NCBI GenBank assembly: GCA_964035545.1
Contig: OZ037771.1
Location: 9,738,480-9,802,479, forward strand
Origin: Bugula neritina
Taxonomy: Eukaryota > Animalia > Bryozoa
Direction of reading: 5' to 3'
DNA length: 64,000 bases
Both the position numbers and the translations under genes were made by a program. Of this stretch, positions 30,601 to 45,239 are shown piece after piece (within the stretch, counting starts at the first letter, position 1; the number at the start of each line of letters is the position of its first letter). The notes beneath the pieces are model-generated. The model had not been told where the DNA came from, made no database searches, and saw only the letters and a program-made list of their open reading frames with translations.

Positions 30601-33600
30601 TGAAATATACTGAAATATACTGAAATACACTGTAACAAACTGAAATACACTGCAACAAGTTGGAATATACTGCAACATACCCAAATAAATGGTAATATAC
30701 TGAAATATACTGAAATACATTGTAACACATTGAAAAATACTGCAACACACTGAAAGACACTACAACTCACTGAAGTATAGTGCAATATACAGAAATGTAC
30801 TCTAACATACTGATATTTAATGTTACACACTGAAATATACTACAACATACTGAAATACACTGTAACATACCGAAATAAGCTGCAACATACTGCAACATAC
30901 TGAAATACACTGTAACATAATGAAGTACACTGCAACACATTGAAATACACTGCAACAAACTGAAATATACTGCAACATACTGAAATGTACTGCAACATAC
31001 TGAAATACATTGCAACATATCGAAGTATATCGTAATAAACGGACATGTACTGTAACATACTGAAACACGCTGAAACATACTGAAACATACTGAAACATAC
31101 TGAAACATACTGAAATACACTGCAACAAACTGCAACATACTGAAACATACTGTAACATGATGAAATACACTGCAACACATTAAAATATACTGCAACAAAC
31201 TGAAATATACTGCAACATACTGAAACGTACTGCAACATACTGAAATTAATTGCAACATATCGAAGTATATCGTAATATACGGACAACTACTGTAACATAC
31301 TGAAACACACTGAAACATACTGAAACATACTGAAACATACTGAAACATACTGAGATACACTGCAACATACTGCAACATACTGAAATACACTGTAACATGA
31401 TGAAATACACTGCAACACATTGAAATATACTGCAACAAACTGAAATATACTGCAACATACTGAAACGTGCTGCAACATCCTGAAATACATTGCAACATAT
31501 CAAAGTATATCGTAATATACGGACATGTACTGAAACATACTGAAACATACTGAAACTTACTGAGATACACTGCAACATACTGCAACATACTGAAGTACAC
31601 TGCAAAATATTAAATTACACTGCAACACGTTGGAATATACTGCAACACACTGAAATATACTGCAACATACTGAAATATACTGCAACATACTTCAACACAC
31701 TGAAATATACTAAAACATACTGAAATATACTGCAACATACTGCAACATACTGAAATACACCGTAAAAAACTGAAATACACTGCAACACATTGAAATATAC
31801 TGCAACAGACTGAAATATACTGCAACATACTGAAGCGTACTGCAACATACTGAAATACATTGCAACATATCGAAGTATATCGTAATATACGGACATGTAC
31901 TGTAACATACTGAAACACACTGAAACATACTGAAACATACTGAAATATACTGAATTACACTGTAACATTCTGCAACATACTTCAACATACTGAAATACAC
32001 TGTAACATAATGAAATACACTGCAGCACATTGAAATATACTGCAACATACTGAAATGTAATGCAACATACTGAAATACACTGCAACATATTGAAGTATAT
32101 TGTAATATGCGGACATGTACTGTAACATACTGAAACACACTGAAACATACAGAAACATACTGAAACATACTTCAACACACTGAAATATACTAAAACATAC
32201 TGAAATATACTGCAACATACTGCAACATACTGAAATACACTGAAACATACTGAAATATACTGAAATATACTGAAATACACTGTAACAAACTGAAATACAC
32301 TGCAACAAGTTGGAATATACTGCAACATACCCAAATAAATGGTAATATACTGAAATATACTGAAATACATTGTAACACATTGAAAAATACTGCAACACAC
32401 TGAAAGACACTACAACTCACTGAAGTATAGTGCAATATACAGAAATGTACTCTAACATACTGATATTTAATGTTACACACTGAAATATACTACAACATAC
32501 TGAAATACACTGTAACATACCGAAATAAGCTGCAACATACTGCAACATACTGAAATACACTGTAACATAATGAAGTACACTGCAACACATTGAAATACAC
32601 TGCAACAAACTGAAATATACTGCAACATACTGAAATGTACTGCAACATACTGAAATACATTGCAACATATCGAAGTATATCGTAATAAACGGACATGTAC
32701 TGTAACATACTGAAACACGCTGAAACATACTGAAACATACTGAAACATACTGAAACATACTGAAATACACTGCAACAAACTGCAACATACTGAAACATAC
32801 TGTAACATGATGAAATACACTGCAACACATTAAAATATACTGCAACAAACTGAAATATACTGCAACATACTGAAACGTACTGCAACATACTGAAATTAAT
32901 TGCAACATATCGAAGTATATCGTAATATACGGACAACTACTGTAACATACTGAAACACACTGAAACATACTGAAACATACTGAAACATACTGAAACATAC
33001 TGAGATACACTGCAACATACTGCAACATACTGAAATACACTGTAACATGATGAAATACACTGCAACACATTGAAATATACTGCAACAAACTGAAATATAC
33101 TGCAACATACTGAAACGTGCTGCAACATCCTGAAATACATTGCAATATATCGAAGTATATCGTAATATACGGACATGTACTGTAACATACTGAAACACAC
33201 TGAAACATACTGCAACATACTGAAATATACTGAAATATACTGCAAAATACTGAATTATACTTCAACATACTGCAACATACTGAGAGACACTACAACTCAC
33301 TGAAGTATAGTGCAATATACAGAAATGTACTCTAACATACTGGTATTTAATGCTACACACTGAAATATACTACAACATACTGAAATACACTGCAACATAC
33401 CGAAATAAGCTGCAACATACTGCAACATACTGAAATACACTGTAACATGATGTAGTACACTGCAACACATTGAAATATACTGCAACAAACTGAAATACAT
33501 TGCAACATATCGAAGTATATCGTAATAAACGAACATGTACTGTAACATACTGAAACACACTGAAACATACTGAAACATACTGAAACATACTGAAACATAC

Positions 33601-36600
33601 TGAAATACAGTGCAACATACTGCAACATACTGAAACATACTGTAACATTATGAAATACACTGCAACACATTGAAATATACTGCAACAAACTGAAATATAC
33701 TGCAACATACTAAAACGTACTGCAACATACTGAAATACATTGCAACATATCAAAGTATATCGTAATATACGGACATGTATTGAAACATACTGAAACATAC
33801 TGAAACTTACTGAGAGACACTGCAACATACTGCAACATACTGAAGTACACTGCAAAATATTAAATTACACTGCAACACGTTGGAATATACTGCAACACAC
33901 TGAAATATACTGCAACATACTGAAATTAATTGCAACATATCGAAGTATATCGTAATATACGGACAAGTACTGTAACATACTGAAACACACTGAAACATAC
34001 TGAAACATACTGAAACATACTGAAACATACTGAGATACACTGCAACATACTGCAACATACTGAAATACACTGTAACATGATGAAATACACTGCAACACAT
34101 TGAAATATACTGCAACAAACTGAAATATACTGCAACATACTGAAACGTGCTGCAACATCCTGAAATACATTGCAATATATCGAAGTATATTGTAATATAC
34201 AGACATGTACTGTAACATACTGAAACACACTGAAACACACTGAAACATACTGAAATATACTGAAATATACTGAAATACACTGTAACACATTGAAAAATAC
34301 TGCAACATACTGAAAGACACTTCAACTCACTGAAGTATAGTGTAATATACGGAAATGTACTGTAACATACTGATATTTACTGTAACACACTGAAATATAC
34401 TGCAACATACTGAAATACACTGTAACATACCGAAATAAACTGCAACATAATGCAACATACTGAATTACACTGTAACATAATAAAATACACTGCAACGTTC
34501 TGCAACATACTTCAACGTACTGAAAGACACTGTAACATAATGAAATACACTGCAACACATTAAAATATACCGCAACAGACTAGAATATACTGCAACACAT
34601 CCAAGTACATCGTAATATACGGACATGTACCGTAACATACTGGAACATACTGAAACATACTGCAACATTCTGAAGTACACTGTAAAATATTGAAATACAC
34701 TGCAACAAACTGCAACATACTGAAGTACACTGTACATATTGAAAAACACTGCAACACACTGAAATATACTGCAACACACTGAAATATACTGCAAAATACT
34801 GAATTATACTTCAACATACTGCAACATACTGAAAGACACTACAACTCACTGAAGTATAGTGCAATATACAGAAATGTACTCTAACATACTGGTATTTAAT
34901 GCTACACACTGAAATATACTACAACATACTGAAATACACTGCAACATACCGAAATAAGCTGCAACATACTGCAACATACTGAAATACACTGTAACATGAT
35001 GTAGTACACTGCAACACATTGAAATATACTGCAACAAACTGAAATACATTGCAACATATCGAAGTATATCGTAATAAACGAACATGTACTGTAACATACT
35101 GAAACACACTGAAACATACTGAAACATACTGAAACATACTGAAACATACTGAAATACACTGCAACATACTGCAACATAGTGAAACATACTGTAACATTAT
35201 GAAATACACTGCAACACATTGAAATATACTGCAACAAACTGAAATATACTGCAACATACTAAAACGTACTGCAACATACTGAAATACATTGCAACATATC
35301 AAAGTATATCGTAATATACGGACATGTACTGAAACATACTGAAACATACTGAAACTTACTGAGATACACTGCAACATACTGCAACATACTGAAGTACACT
35401 GCAAAATATTAAATTACACTGCAACACGTTGGAATATACTGCAACACACTGAAATATACTGCAACATACTGAAATATACTGCAACATACTTCAACACACT
35501 GAAATATACTAAAACATACTGAAATATACTGCAACATACTGCAACATACTGAAATACACCATAAAAAACTGAAATACACTGCAACACATTGAAATATACT
35601 GCAACAGACTGAAATATACTGCAACATACTGAAGCGTACTGCAACATACTGAAATACATTGCAACATATCGAAGTATATCGTAATATTCGGACATGTACT
35701 GTAACATACTGAAACACACTGAAACATACTGAAACATACTGAAATATACTGAATTACACTGTAACATTCTGCAACATACTTCAACATACTGAAATACACT
35801 GTAACATAATGAAATACACTGCAGCACATTGAAATATACTGCAACATACTGAAATGTACTGCAACATACTGAAATACACTGCAACATATTGAAGTATATT
35901 GTAATATGCGGACATGTACTGTAACATACTGAAACACACTGAAACATACAGAAACATACTGAAACATACTTCAACACACTGAAATATACTAAAACATACT
36001 GAAATATACTGCAACATACTGCAACATACTGAAATACACTGAAACATACTGAAATATACTGAAATATACTGAAATACACTGTAACAAACTGAAATACACT
36101 GCAACAAGTTGGAATATACTGCAACATACCCAAATAAATGGTAATATACTGAAATATACTGAAATACATTGTAACACATTGAAAAATACTGCAACACACT
36201 GAAAGACACTACAACTCACTGAAGTATAGTGCAATATACAGAAATGTACTCTAACATACTGATATTTAATGTTACACACTGAAATATACTACAACATACT
36301 GAAATACACTGTAACATACCGAAATAAGCTGCAACATACTGCAACATACTGAAATACACTGTAACATAATGAAGTACACTGCAACACATTGAAATACACT
36401 GCAACAAACTGAAATATACTGCAACATACTGAAATGTACTGCAACATACTGAAATACATTGCAACATATCGAAGTATATCGTAATAAACGGACATGTACT
36501 GTAACATACTGAAACACGCTGAAACATACTGAAACATACTGAAACATACTGAAACATACTGAAATACACTGCAACAAACTGCAACATACTGAAACATACT

Positions 36601-37725
36601 GTAACATGATGAAATACACTGCAACACATTAAAATATACTGCAACAAACTGAAATATACTGCAACATACTGAAACGTACTGCAACATACTGAAATTAATT
36701 GCAACATATCGAAGTATATCGTAATATACGGACAACTACTGTAACATACTGAAACACACTGAAACATACTGAAACATACTGAAACATACTGAAACATACT
36801 GAGATACACTGCAACATACTGCAACATACTGAAATACACTGTAACATGATGAAATACACTGCAACACATTGAAATATACTGCAACAAACTGAAATATACT
36901 GCAACATACTGAAACGTGCTGCAACATCCTGAAATACATTGCAATATATCGAAGTATATCGTAATATACGGACATGTACTGTAACATACTGAAACACACT
37001 GAAACATACTGCAACATACTGAAATATACTGAAATATACTGCAAAATACTGAATTATACTTCAACATACTGCAACATACTGAAAGACACTACAACTCACT
37101 GAAGTATAGTGCAATATACAGAAATGTACTCTAACATACTGGTATTTAATGCTACACACTGAAATATACTACAACATACTGAAATACACTGCAACATACC
37201 GAAATAAGCTGCAACATACTGCAACATACTGAAATACACTGTAACATGATGTAGTACACTGCAACACATTGAAATATACTGCAACAAACTGAAATACATT
37301 GCAACATATCGAAGTATATCGTAATAAACGAACATGTACTGTAACATACTGAAACACACTGAAACATACTGAAACATACTGAAACATACTGAAACATACT
37401 GAAATACAGTGCAACATACTGCAACATACTGAAACATACTGTAACATTATGAAATACACTGCAACACATTGAAATATACTGCAACAAACTGAAATATACT
37501 GCAACATACTAAAACGTACTGCAACATACTGAAATACATTGCAACATATCAAAGTATATCGTAATATACGGACATGTATTGAAACATACTGAAACATACT
37601 GAAACTTACTGAGAGACACTGCAACATACTGCAACATACTGAAGTACACTGCAAAATATTAAATTACACTGCAACACGTTGGAATATACTGCAACACACT
37701 GAAATATACTGCAACATACTGAAAT
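24662..37725 (+). repeat. Young higher-order repeat domain with order A-B-C-A-B-B-C-A-B-C (ABC = 3799 bp, B = 1650 bp, BCAB = 5449 bp)
   Basis: ORF offsets: 25074/28873, 26161/29960 and 33297/37096 = 3799; 29960/31610 = 1650; 28358/33807 and 28873/34322 = 5449. The copies differ by only a few substitutions. Confidence 0.93.
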
Positions 37726-40700
37726 ATACTGCAACATACTTCAACACACTGAAATATACTAAAACATACTGAAATATACTGCAACATACTGCAACATACT
37801 GAAATACACCATAAAAAACTGAAATACACTGCAACACATTGAAATATACTGCAACAAACTCAAATATACTGCAACATACTGAAACGTACTGCAACATACT
37901 GAAATACATTGCAACATATCGAAGTATATCGTAATATACGGACATGTACTGTAACATACTGAAACACACTGAAACATACTGAAACATACTGAAATATACT
38001 GAATTACACTGTAACACACTGAAAAGTACTGCAACATACTGAAAGACACTTCAACTCACTGAAGTATAGTGTAATATACGGAAATGTACTGTAACATACT
38101 GATATTTACAGTAACACGCTGAAATATACTGCAACATACTGAAATACACTGTAACATACCGAAATAAACTGCAACATAATGCAACATACTGAAGTACACT
38201 GTAAAATATTGAAATACACTGCAACACATTGGAATATACTGCAACACACTGAAATATACTGCAACATACTGAAATATACTGCAACATACTGCAACATACT
38301 GAAATACACTGTAACATACTGCAACATACTGAAATACACTGTAGCAAACTGAAATACACTGCAACACATTGGAATATACTGCAACATACCCATATATATG
38401 GTAACATAATGAAATACCCTGCAACATACTGCAACATACTGAAGTACACTGTAAAATATTGAAATACACTGCAACACATTGGAATATACTGCAACATACC
38501 CAAATAACTGGTAATATACTGAAATATACTGAAATACACTGTAACACATTGAAAAAGACTGCAACATACTGAAAGACACTACAACTCACTGAAGTATAGT
38601 GTATTATACGGAAATGTACTGTAACATACTGATATTTACTGCAACACACTGAAATATACTGCAACATACTGAAATACACTGTAACATACCGAAATAAACT
38701 GCAACATAATGCAACATAATGAATTACACTGTAAAATACTAAAATACACTGCAACATTCTGGAACATACTTCAACATACTGAAATACACTGTAACATAAT
38801 GAAATACACTGCAAAATACTGCAACATACTGAAGTACACTGTAAAATATTGAAATACACTGCAACACATTGGAATATACTGCAACACACTGAAATATACT
38901 GCAACATACTGAAATATACTGCAACATACTGCAACATACTGAAATACACTGTAACATACTGCAACATACTGAAATACACTGTAGCAAACTGAAATACACT
39001 GCAACACATTGGAATATACTGCAACATACCCAAATATATGGTAACATAATGAAATACCCTGCAGCATACTGCAACATACTGAAGTACACTGTAAAATATT
39101 GAAATACACTGCAACACATTGGAATATACTGCAACATACCGAAATAACTGGTAATATACTGAAATATACTGAAATACACTGTAACACATTGAAAAAGACT
39201 GCAACATACTGAAAGACACTACAACTCACTGAAGTATAGTGTATTATACGGAAATGTACTGTAACATACTGATATTTACTGCAACACACTGAAATATACT
39301 GCAACATACTGAAATACACTGTAACATACCATAAAAAACTGCAACATACTGCAACATACTGAAATACACTGTAACATACTAAAATACACTGCAACATTCT
39401 GCAACATTCTTCTACATACTGAAAGACACTGTAACATAATGAAATACACTGCGACACATTGAAATATACCGCAACGCACTGGAATATACTGCAACACATC
39501 CAAGTACATCGTAATATACGGACATGTACTGTAACATACTGAAACATACTGAAACAAACTGCAACATTCTGAAGTACACTGTAAAATATTGAAATACAAT
39601 GCAACACATTGGAATATACTGCAACACACTGAAATTTACTGCAACATACTGAAATATACTGCAACATACTGCAACATACTGAAATACACTGTAACATACT
39701 GTAACATACTGAAATACACTGCAACAAACTACAACATACTGAAATACACTGTAACACATTGAAATATATTGCAACATACTGAAACACACTACAACTCACT
39801 GAGGTATAGTGCAATATACAAAAATGTACTGTAACATACTGATATTTACTGTAACACACTGAAATATACTGCAACATACTGAAGTACACTGTAACATTCG
39901 GAAATAAGCTGCAACATACTGCAACATACTGAAATACACTGTAATATACTAAAATACACTGCAACATACTAAAATACACTGCAACATTCTGCAACATACT
40001 TCAACATACTGAATCACACTGTAACATAATGAAATACACTGCAGCACATTGAAATATACTGCAACATACTGAAATGTACTGCAACATACTGAAATATACT
40101 GCAACATATTGAAGTATATTGTAATATGCGGACATGTACTGTAACATACTGAAACACACTGAAACATACTGAAACATACTGAAAGATACTTCAACACACT
40201 GAAATATACTAAAACATACTGAAATATACTGCAACATACTGCAACATACCGAAATACACTGAAACATACTGAAATATACTGAAACATACTGAATTACACT
40301 GTAACAAACTGAAATACACTGCAACAAGTTGGAATATACTGCAACATACCCAAATAAATGGTAATATACTGAAATATACTGAAATACACTGTAACACATT
40401 GAAAAATACTGCAACATACTGAAATACACTACAATTCACTGAAGTATAGTGTAACTTACTGAAATGTACTGTAACATACTGATATTTACTGCAACACACT
40501 GAAACATACTGCAACATACTGAAATACACTGTTACATGCCAAAATAAACTGCAACATACTGCAACATACTGAAGTACACTGTAACATACTCAAATACCCT
40601 GCAATATTCTGCAACATATTGAAATATACTGCAACACACTGAAATATACTGCAACACACTGAAAAATACTGCAAAATACTGAAATATACTTCAACATACT

Positions 40701-42900
40701 GCAACATACTGAAAGACACTACAACTCACTGAATTATAGTGCAATATACAGAACTGTACTCTAACATACTGATATTTAACGTTACACACTGAAATATACT
40801 ACAACATACTGAAATACACTATAACATACCGAAATAAGCTGCAACATACTGCAACATACTGAAATACACTGTAACATGATGAAGTACACTGCAGCACATT
40901 GAAATACACTGCAAAAAACTGAAATATACTGCAACATACTGAAATGTACTGCAACATAGTGAAATACATTGCAACATATCGAAGTATATCGTAATAAACG
41001 GACATGTACTGTAACATACTGAAACACACTGAAACATACTGAAACATACTGAAACATACTGAAACATACTGAAACATACTGAAATCCATTGCAACAAACT
41101 GCAACGTACTGAAACATACTGTAACATACTGAAATACACTGCAACATACTGCAACATACTGAAGCATACTGTAACATTATGAAATACACTGCAACACATT
41201 GAAATATACTGCAACAAACTGAAATATACTGCAACATACTAAAACGCACTGCAACATACTGAAATACATTGCAATATATCGAAGTATATCGTAATATACG
41301 GACATGTACTGTAGCATACTGAAACACACTGAAACATACTGAAACATACTGAAATATACTGAAATATACTGAAATACACTGTAACACATTGGAAAATACT
41401 GCAACATACTGAAAGCCACTTCAACTCACTGAAGTATAGTGTAATATACGGAAATGTACTGTAACATACTGATATTTACTGTAACATACCGAAATAAACT
41501 GCAACATAATGCAACATACTGAATTACACTGTAACATGATGAAGTACACTGCAACACAATGAAATACACTGCAACAAACTGAAATATGCTGCAACATACT
41601 GAAATGTACTGCAACATACTGAAATACACTGTAACATACCGAAATTAATTGCAACATAATGCAACATAATGAATTACACTGCAAAATACTAAAATACACT
41701 GCAACATTCTGGAACAGACTTCAACATACTGAAATACACTGTAACATAATGAAATACACTGCAAAATACTGCAACATACTGAAGTACACTGTAAAATATT
41801 GAAATACACTGCAACACATTGGAATATACTGCAACACACTGAAATATACTGCAACATACTGAAATATACTGCAACATACTGCAACATACTGAAATACACT
41901 GTAACATACTGCAACATACTGAAATACACTGTAGCAAACTGAAATACACTGCAACACATTGGAATATACTGCAACATACCCAAATATATGGTAACATAAT
42001 GAAATACCCTGCAACATACTGCAAAATACTGAAGTACACTGTAAAATATTGAAATACACTGCAACACATTGGAATATACTGCAACATACCCAAATAACTG
42101 GTAATATACTGAAATATACTGAAATACACTGTAACACATTGAAAAAGACTGCAACATACTGAAAGACTCTACAACTCACTGAAGTATAGTGTATTATACG
42201 GAAATGTACTGTAACATACTGTCATTTACTGCAACACACTGAAATATACTGCAACATACTGAAATACACTGTAACATACCATAAAAAACTGCAACATACT
42301 GCAACATACTGAAATACACTGCAACATACTAAAATACACTGCAACATTCTGCAACATACTTCAACATACTGAAATACACTGTAACATAATGAAATACACT
42401 GCAGCACATTGAAATATACTGCAACATACTGAAATGTACTGCAACATACTGAAATACACTGCAACATATTGAAGTATATTGTAATATGCGGACATGTACT
42501 GTAACATACTGAAACACACTGAAACATACTGAAACATACTGAAACATACTTCAACACACTGAAATATACTAAAACATACTGAAATATACTGCAACATACT
42601 GCAACATACTGAAATACACTGAAACATACTGAAATATACTGAAACATACTGAAATACACTGTAACAAACTGAAATACACTGCAACAAGTTGGAATATACT
42701 GCAACATACCCAAATAAATGGTAATATACTGAAATATACTGAAATACATTGTAACACATTGAAAAATACTGCAACACACTGAAAGACACTACAACTCACT
42801 GAAGTATAGTGCAATATACAGAAATGTACTCTAGCATACTGATATTGAATGTTACACACTGAAATATACTACAACATACTGAAATACACTATAACATACC
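37080..42900 (+). repeat. ~5.8-kb block with a dispersed copy at ~47740-53200 (offsets 10658, 10128, 10308, changing by whole-monomer indels)
   Basis: ORF pairs 37096/47754 and 37664/48322 (10658), 38739/48867 and 40486/50614 (10128), 41177/51485 and 42329/52637 (10308). Shared variants include ttacatgccaaaa and aacattcggaaataag. Confidence 0.85.
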
Positions 42901-44930
42901 GAAATAAGCTGCAACATACTGCAACATACTGAAATACACTGTAACATGATGAAGTACACTGCAGCACATTGAAATACACTGCAAAAAACTGAAATATACT
43001 GCAACATACTGAAATGTACTGCAACATAGTGAAATACATTGCAACATATCGAAGTATATCGTAATAAACGGACATGTACTGTAACATACTGAAACACACT
43101 GAAACATACTGAAACATACTGAAACATACTGAAACATACTGAAACATACTGAAATCCATTGCAACAAACTGCACCGTACTGAAACATACTGTAACATACT
43201 GAAATACACTGCAACATACTGCAACATACTGAAGCATACTGTAACATTATGAAATACACTGCAACACATTGAAATATACTGCAACAAACTGAAATATACT
43301 GCAACATACTAAAACGCACTGCAACATACTGAAATACATTGCAATATATCGAAGTATATCGTAATATACGGACATGTACTGTAGCATACTGAAACACACT
43401 GAAACATACTGGAACATACTGAAATATACTGAAATATACTGAAATACACTGTAACACATTGGAAAATACTGCAACATACTGAAAGCCGCTTCAACTCACT
43501 GAAGTATAGTGTAATATACGGAAATGTACTGTAACATACTGATATTTACTGTAACATACCGAAATAAACTGCAACATAATGCAACATACTGAATTACACT
43601 GTAACATGATGAAGTACACTGCAACACAATGAAATACACTGCAACAAACTGAAATATACTGCAACATACTGAAATGTACTGCAACATACTGAAATACACT
43701 GTAACATACCGAAATTAACTGCAACATAATGCAACATAATGAATTACACTGTAAAATACTAAAATACACTGCAACATTCTGGAACAGACTTCAACATACT
43801 GAAATACACTGTAACATAATGAAATACACTGCAAAATACTGCAACATACTGAAGTACAATGTAAAATATTGAAATACACTGCAACACATTGGAATATACT
43901 GCAACACACTGAAATATACTGCAACATACTGAAATATACTGCAACATACTGCAACATACTGAAATACACTGTAACATACTGCAACATACTGAAATACACT
44001 GTAGCAAACTGAAATACACTGCAACACATTGGAATATACTGCAACATACCCAAATATATGGTAACATAATGAAATACCCTGCAACATACTGCAAAATACT
44101 GAAGTACACTGTAAAATATTGAAATACACTGCAACACATTGGAATATACTGCAGTATACCCAAATAACTGGTAATATACTGAAATATACTGAAATACACT
44201 GTAACACATTGAAAAAGACTGCAACATACTGAAAGACGCTACAACTCACTGAAGTATAGTGTATTATACGGAAATGTACTGTAACATACTGTCATTTACT
44301 GCAACACACTGAAATATACTGCAACATACTGAAATACACTGTAACATACCATAAAAAACTGCAACATACTGCAACATACTGAAATACACTGCAACATACT
44401 AAAATACACTGCAACATTCTGCAACATACTTCAACATACTGAAATACACTGTAACATAATGAAATACACTGCAGCACATTGAAATATACTGCAACATACT
44501 GAAATGTACTGCAACATACTGAAATACACTGCAACATATTGAAGTATATTGTAATATGCGGACATGTACTGTAACATACTGAAACACACTGAAACATACT
44601 GAAACATACTGAAACATACTTCAACACACTGAAATATACTAAAACATACTGAAATATACTGCAACATACTGCAACATACTGAAATACACTGAAACATACT
44701 GAAATATACTGAAACATACTGAAATACACTGTAACAAACTGAAATACACTGCAACAAGTTGGAATATACTGCAACATACCCAAATAAATGGTAATATACT
44801 GAAATATACTGAAATACATTGTAACACATTGAAAAATACTGCAACACACTGAAAGACACTACAACTCACTGAAGTATAGTGCAATATACAGAAATGTACT
44901 CTAGCATACTGATATTGAATGTTACACACT
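40781..44930 (+). repeat. 2070-bp (207-monomer) tandem duplication
   Basis: ORF pairs 40782/42852, 41421/43491, 42222/44292 and 42569/44639 are offset by 2070. Shared variants include gtcatttact and gaaatccatt. Confidence 0.92.
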
Positions 44931-45239
44931 GAAATATGCTACAACATACTGAAATACACTGTAACATACCGAAATAAGCTGCAACATACTGCAACATACT
45001 GAAATACACTGTAACATAATGAAGTACACTGCAACACATTGAAATACACTGCAACAAACTGAAATATACTGCAACATACTGAAATGTACTGCAACATACT
45101 GAAATACATTGCAACATATCGAAGTATATCGTAATAAACGGACATGTACTGTAACATACTGAAACACACTGAAACATACTGAAACATACTGAAACATACT
45201 GTAACATGATGAAATACACTGCAACACATTGAAATATAC

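Noticed and set aside
24662-37725. LTRs or a transposon inferred from long direct repeats
   Set aside because: The repeats consist entirely of satellite monomers. I see no terminal motifs, target-site duplications, primer-binding site or transposase/RT coding sequence.
38390-38401. Perfect palindrome CCATATATATGG and CArG-like C(A/T)8G sites in L3
   Set aside because: It is one substitution away from the common L3 variant. Such AT-rich motifs are expected by chance here, and there is no gene nearby to regulate.
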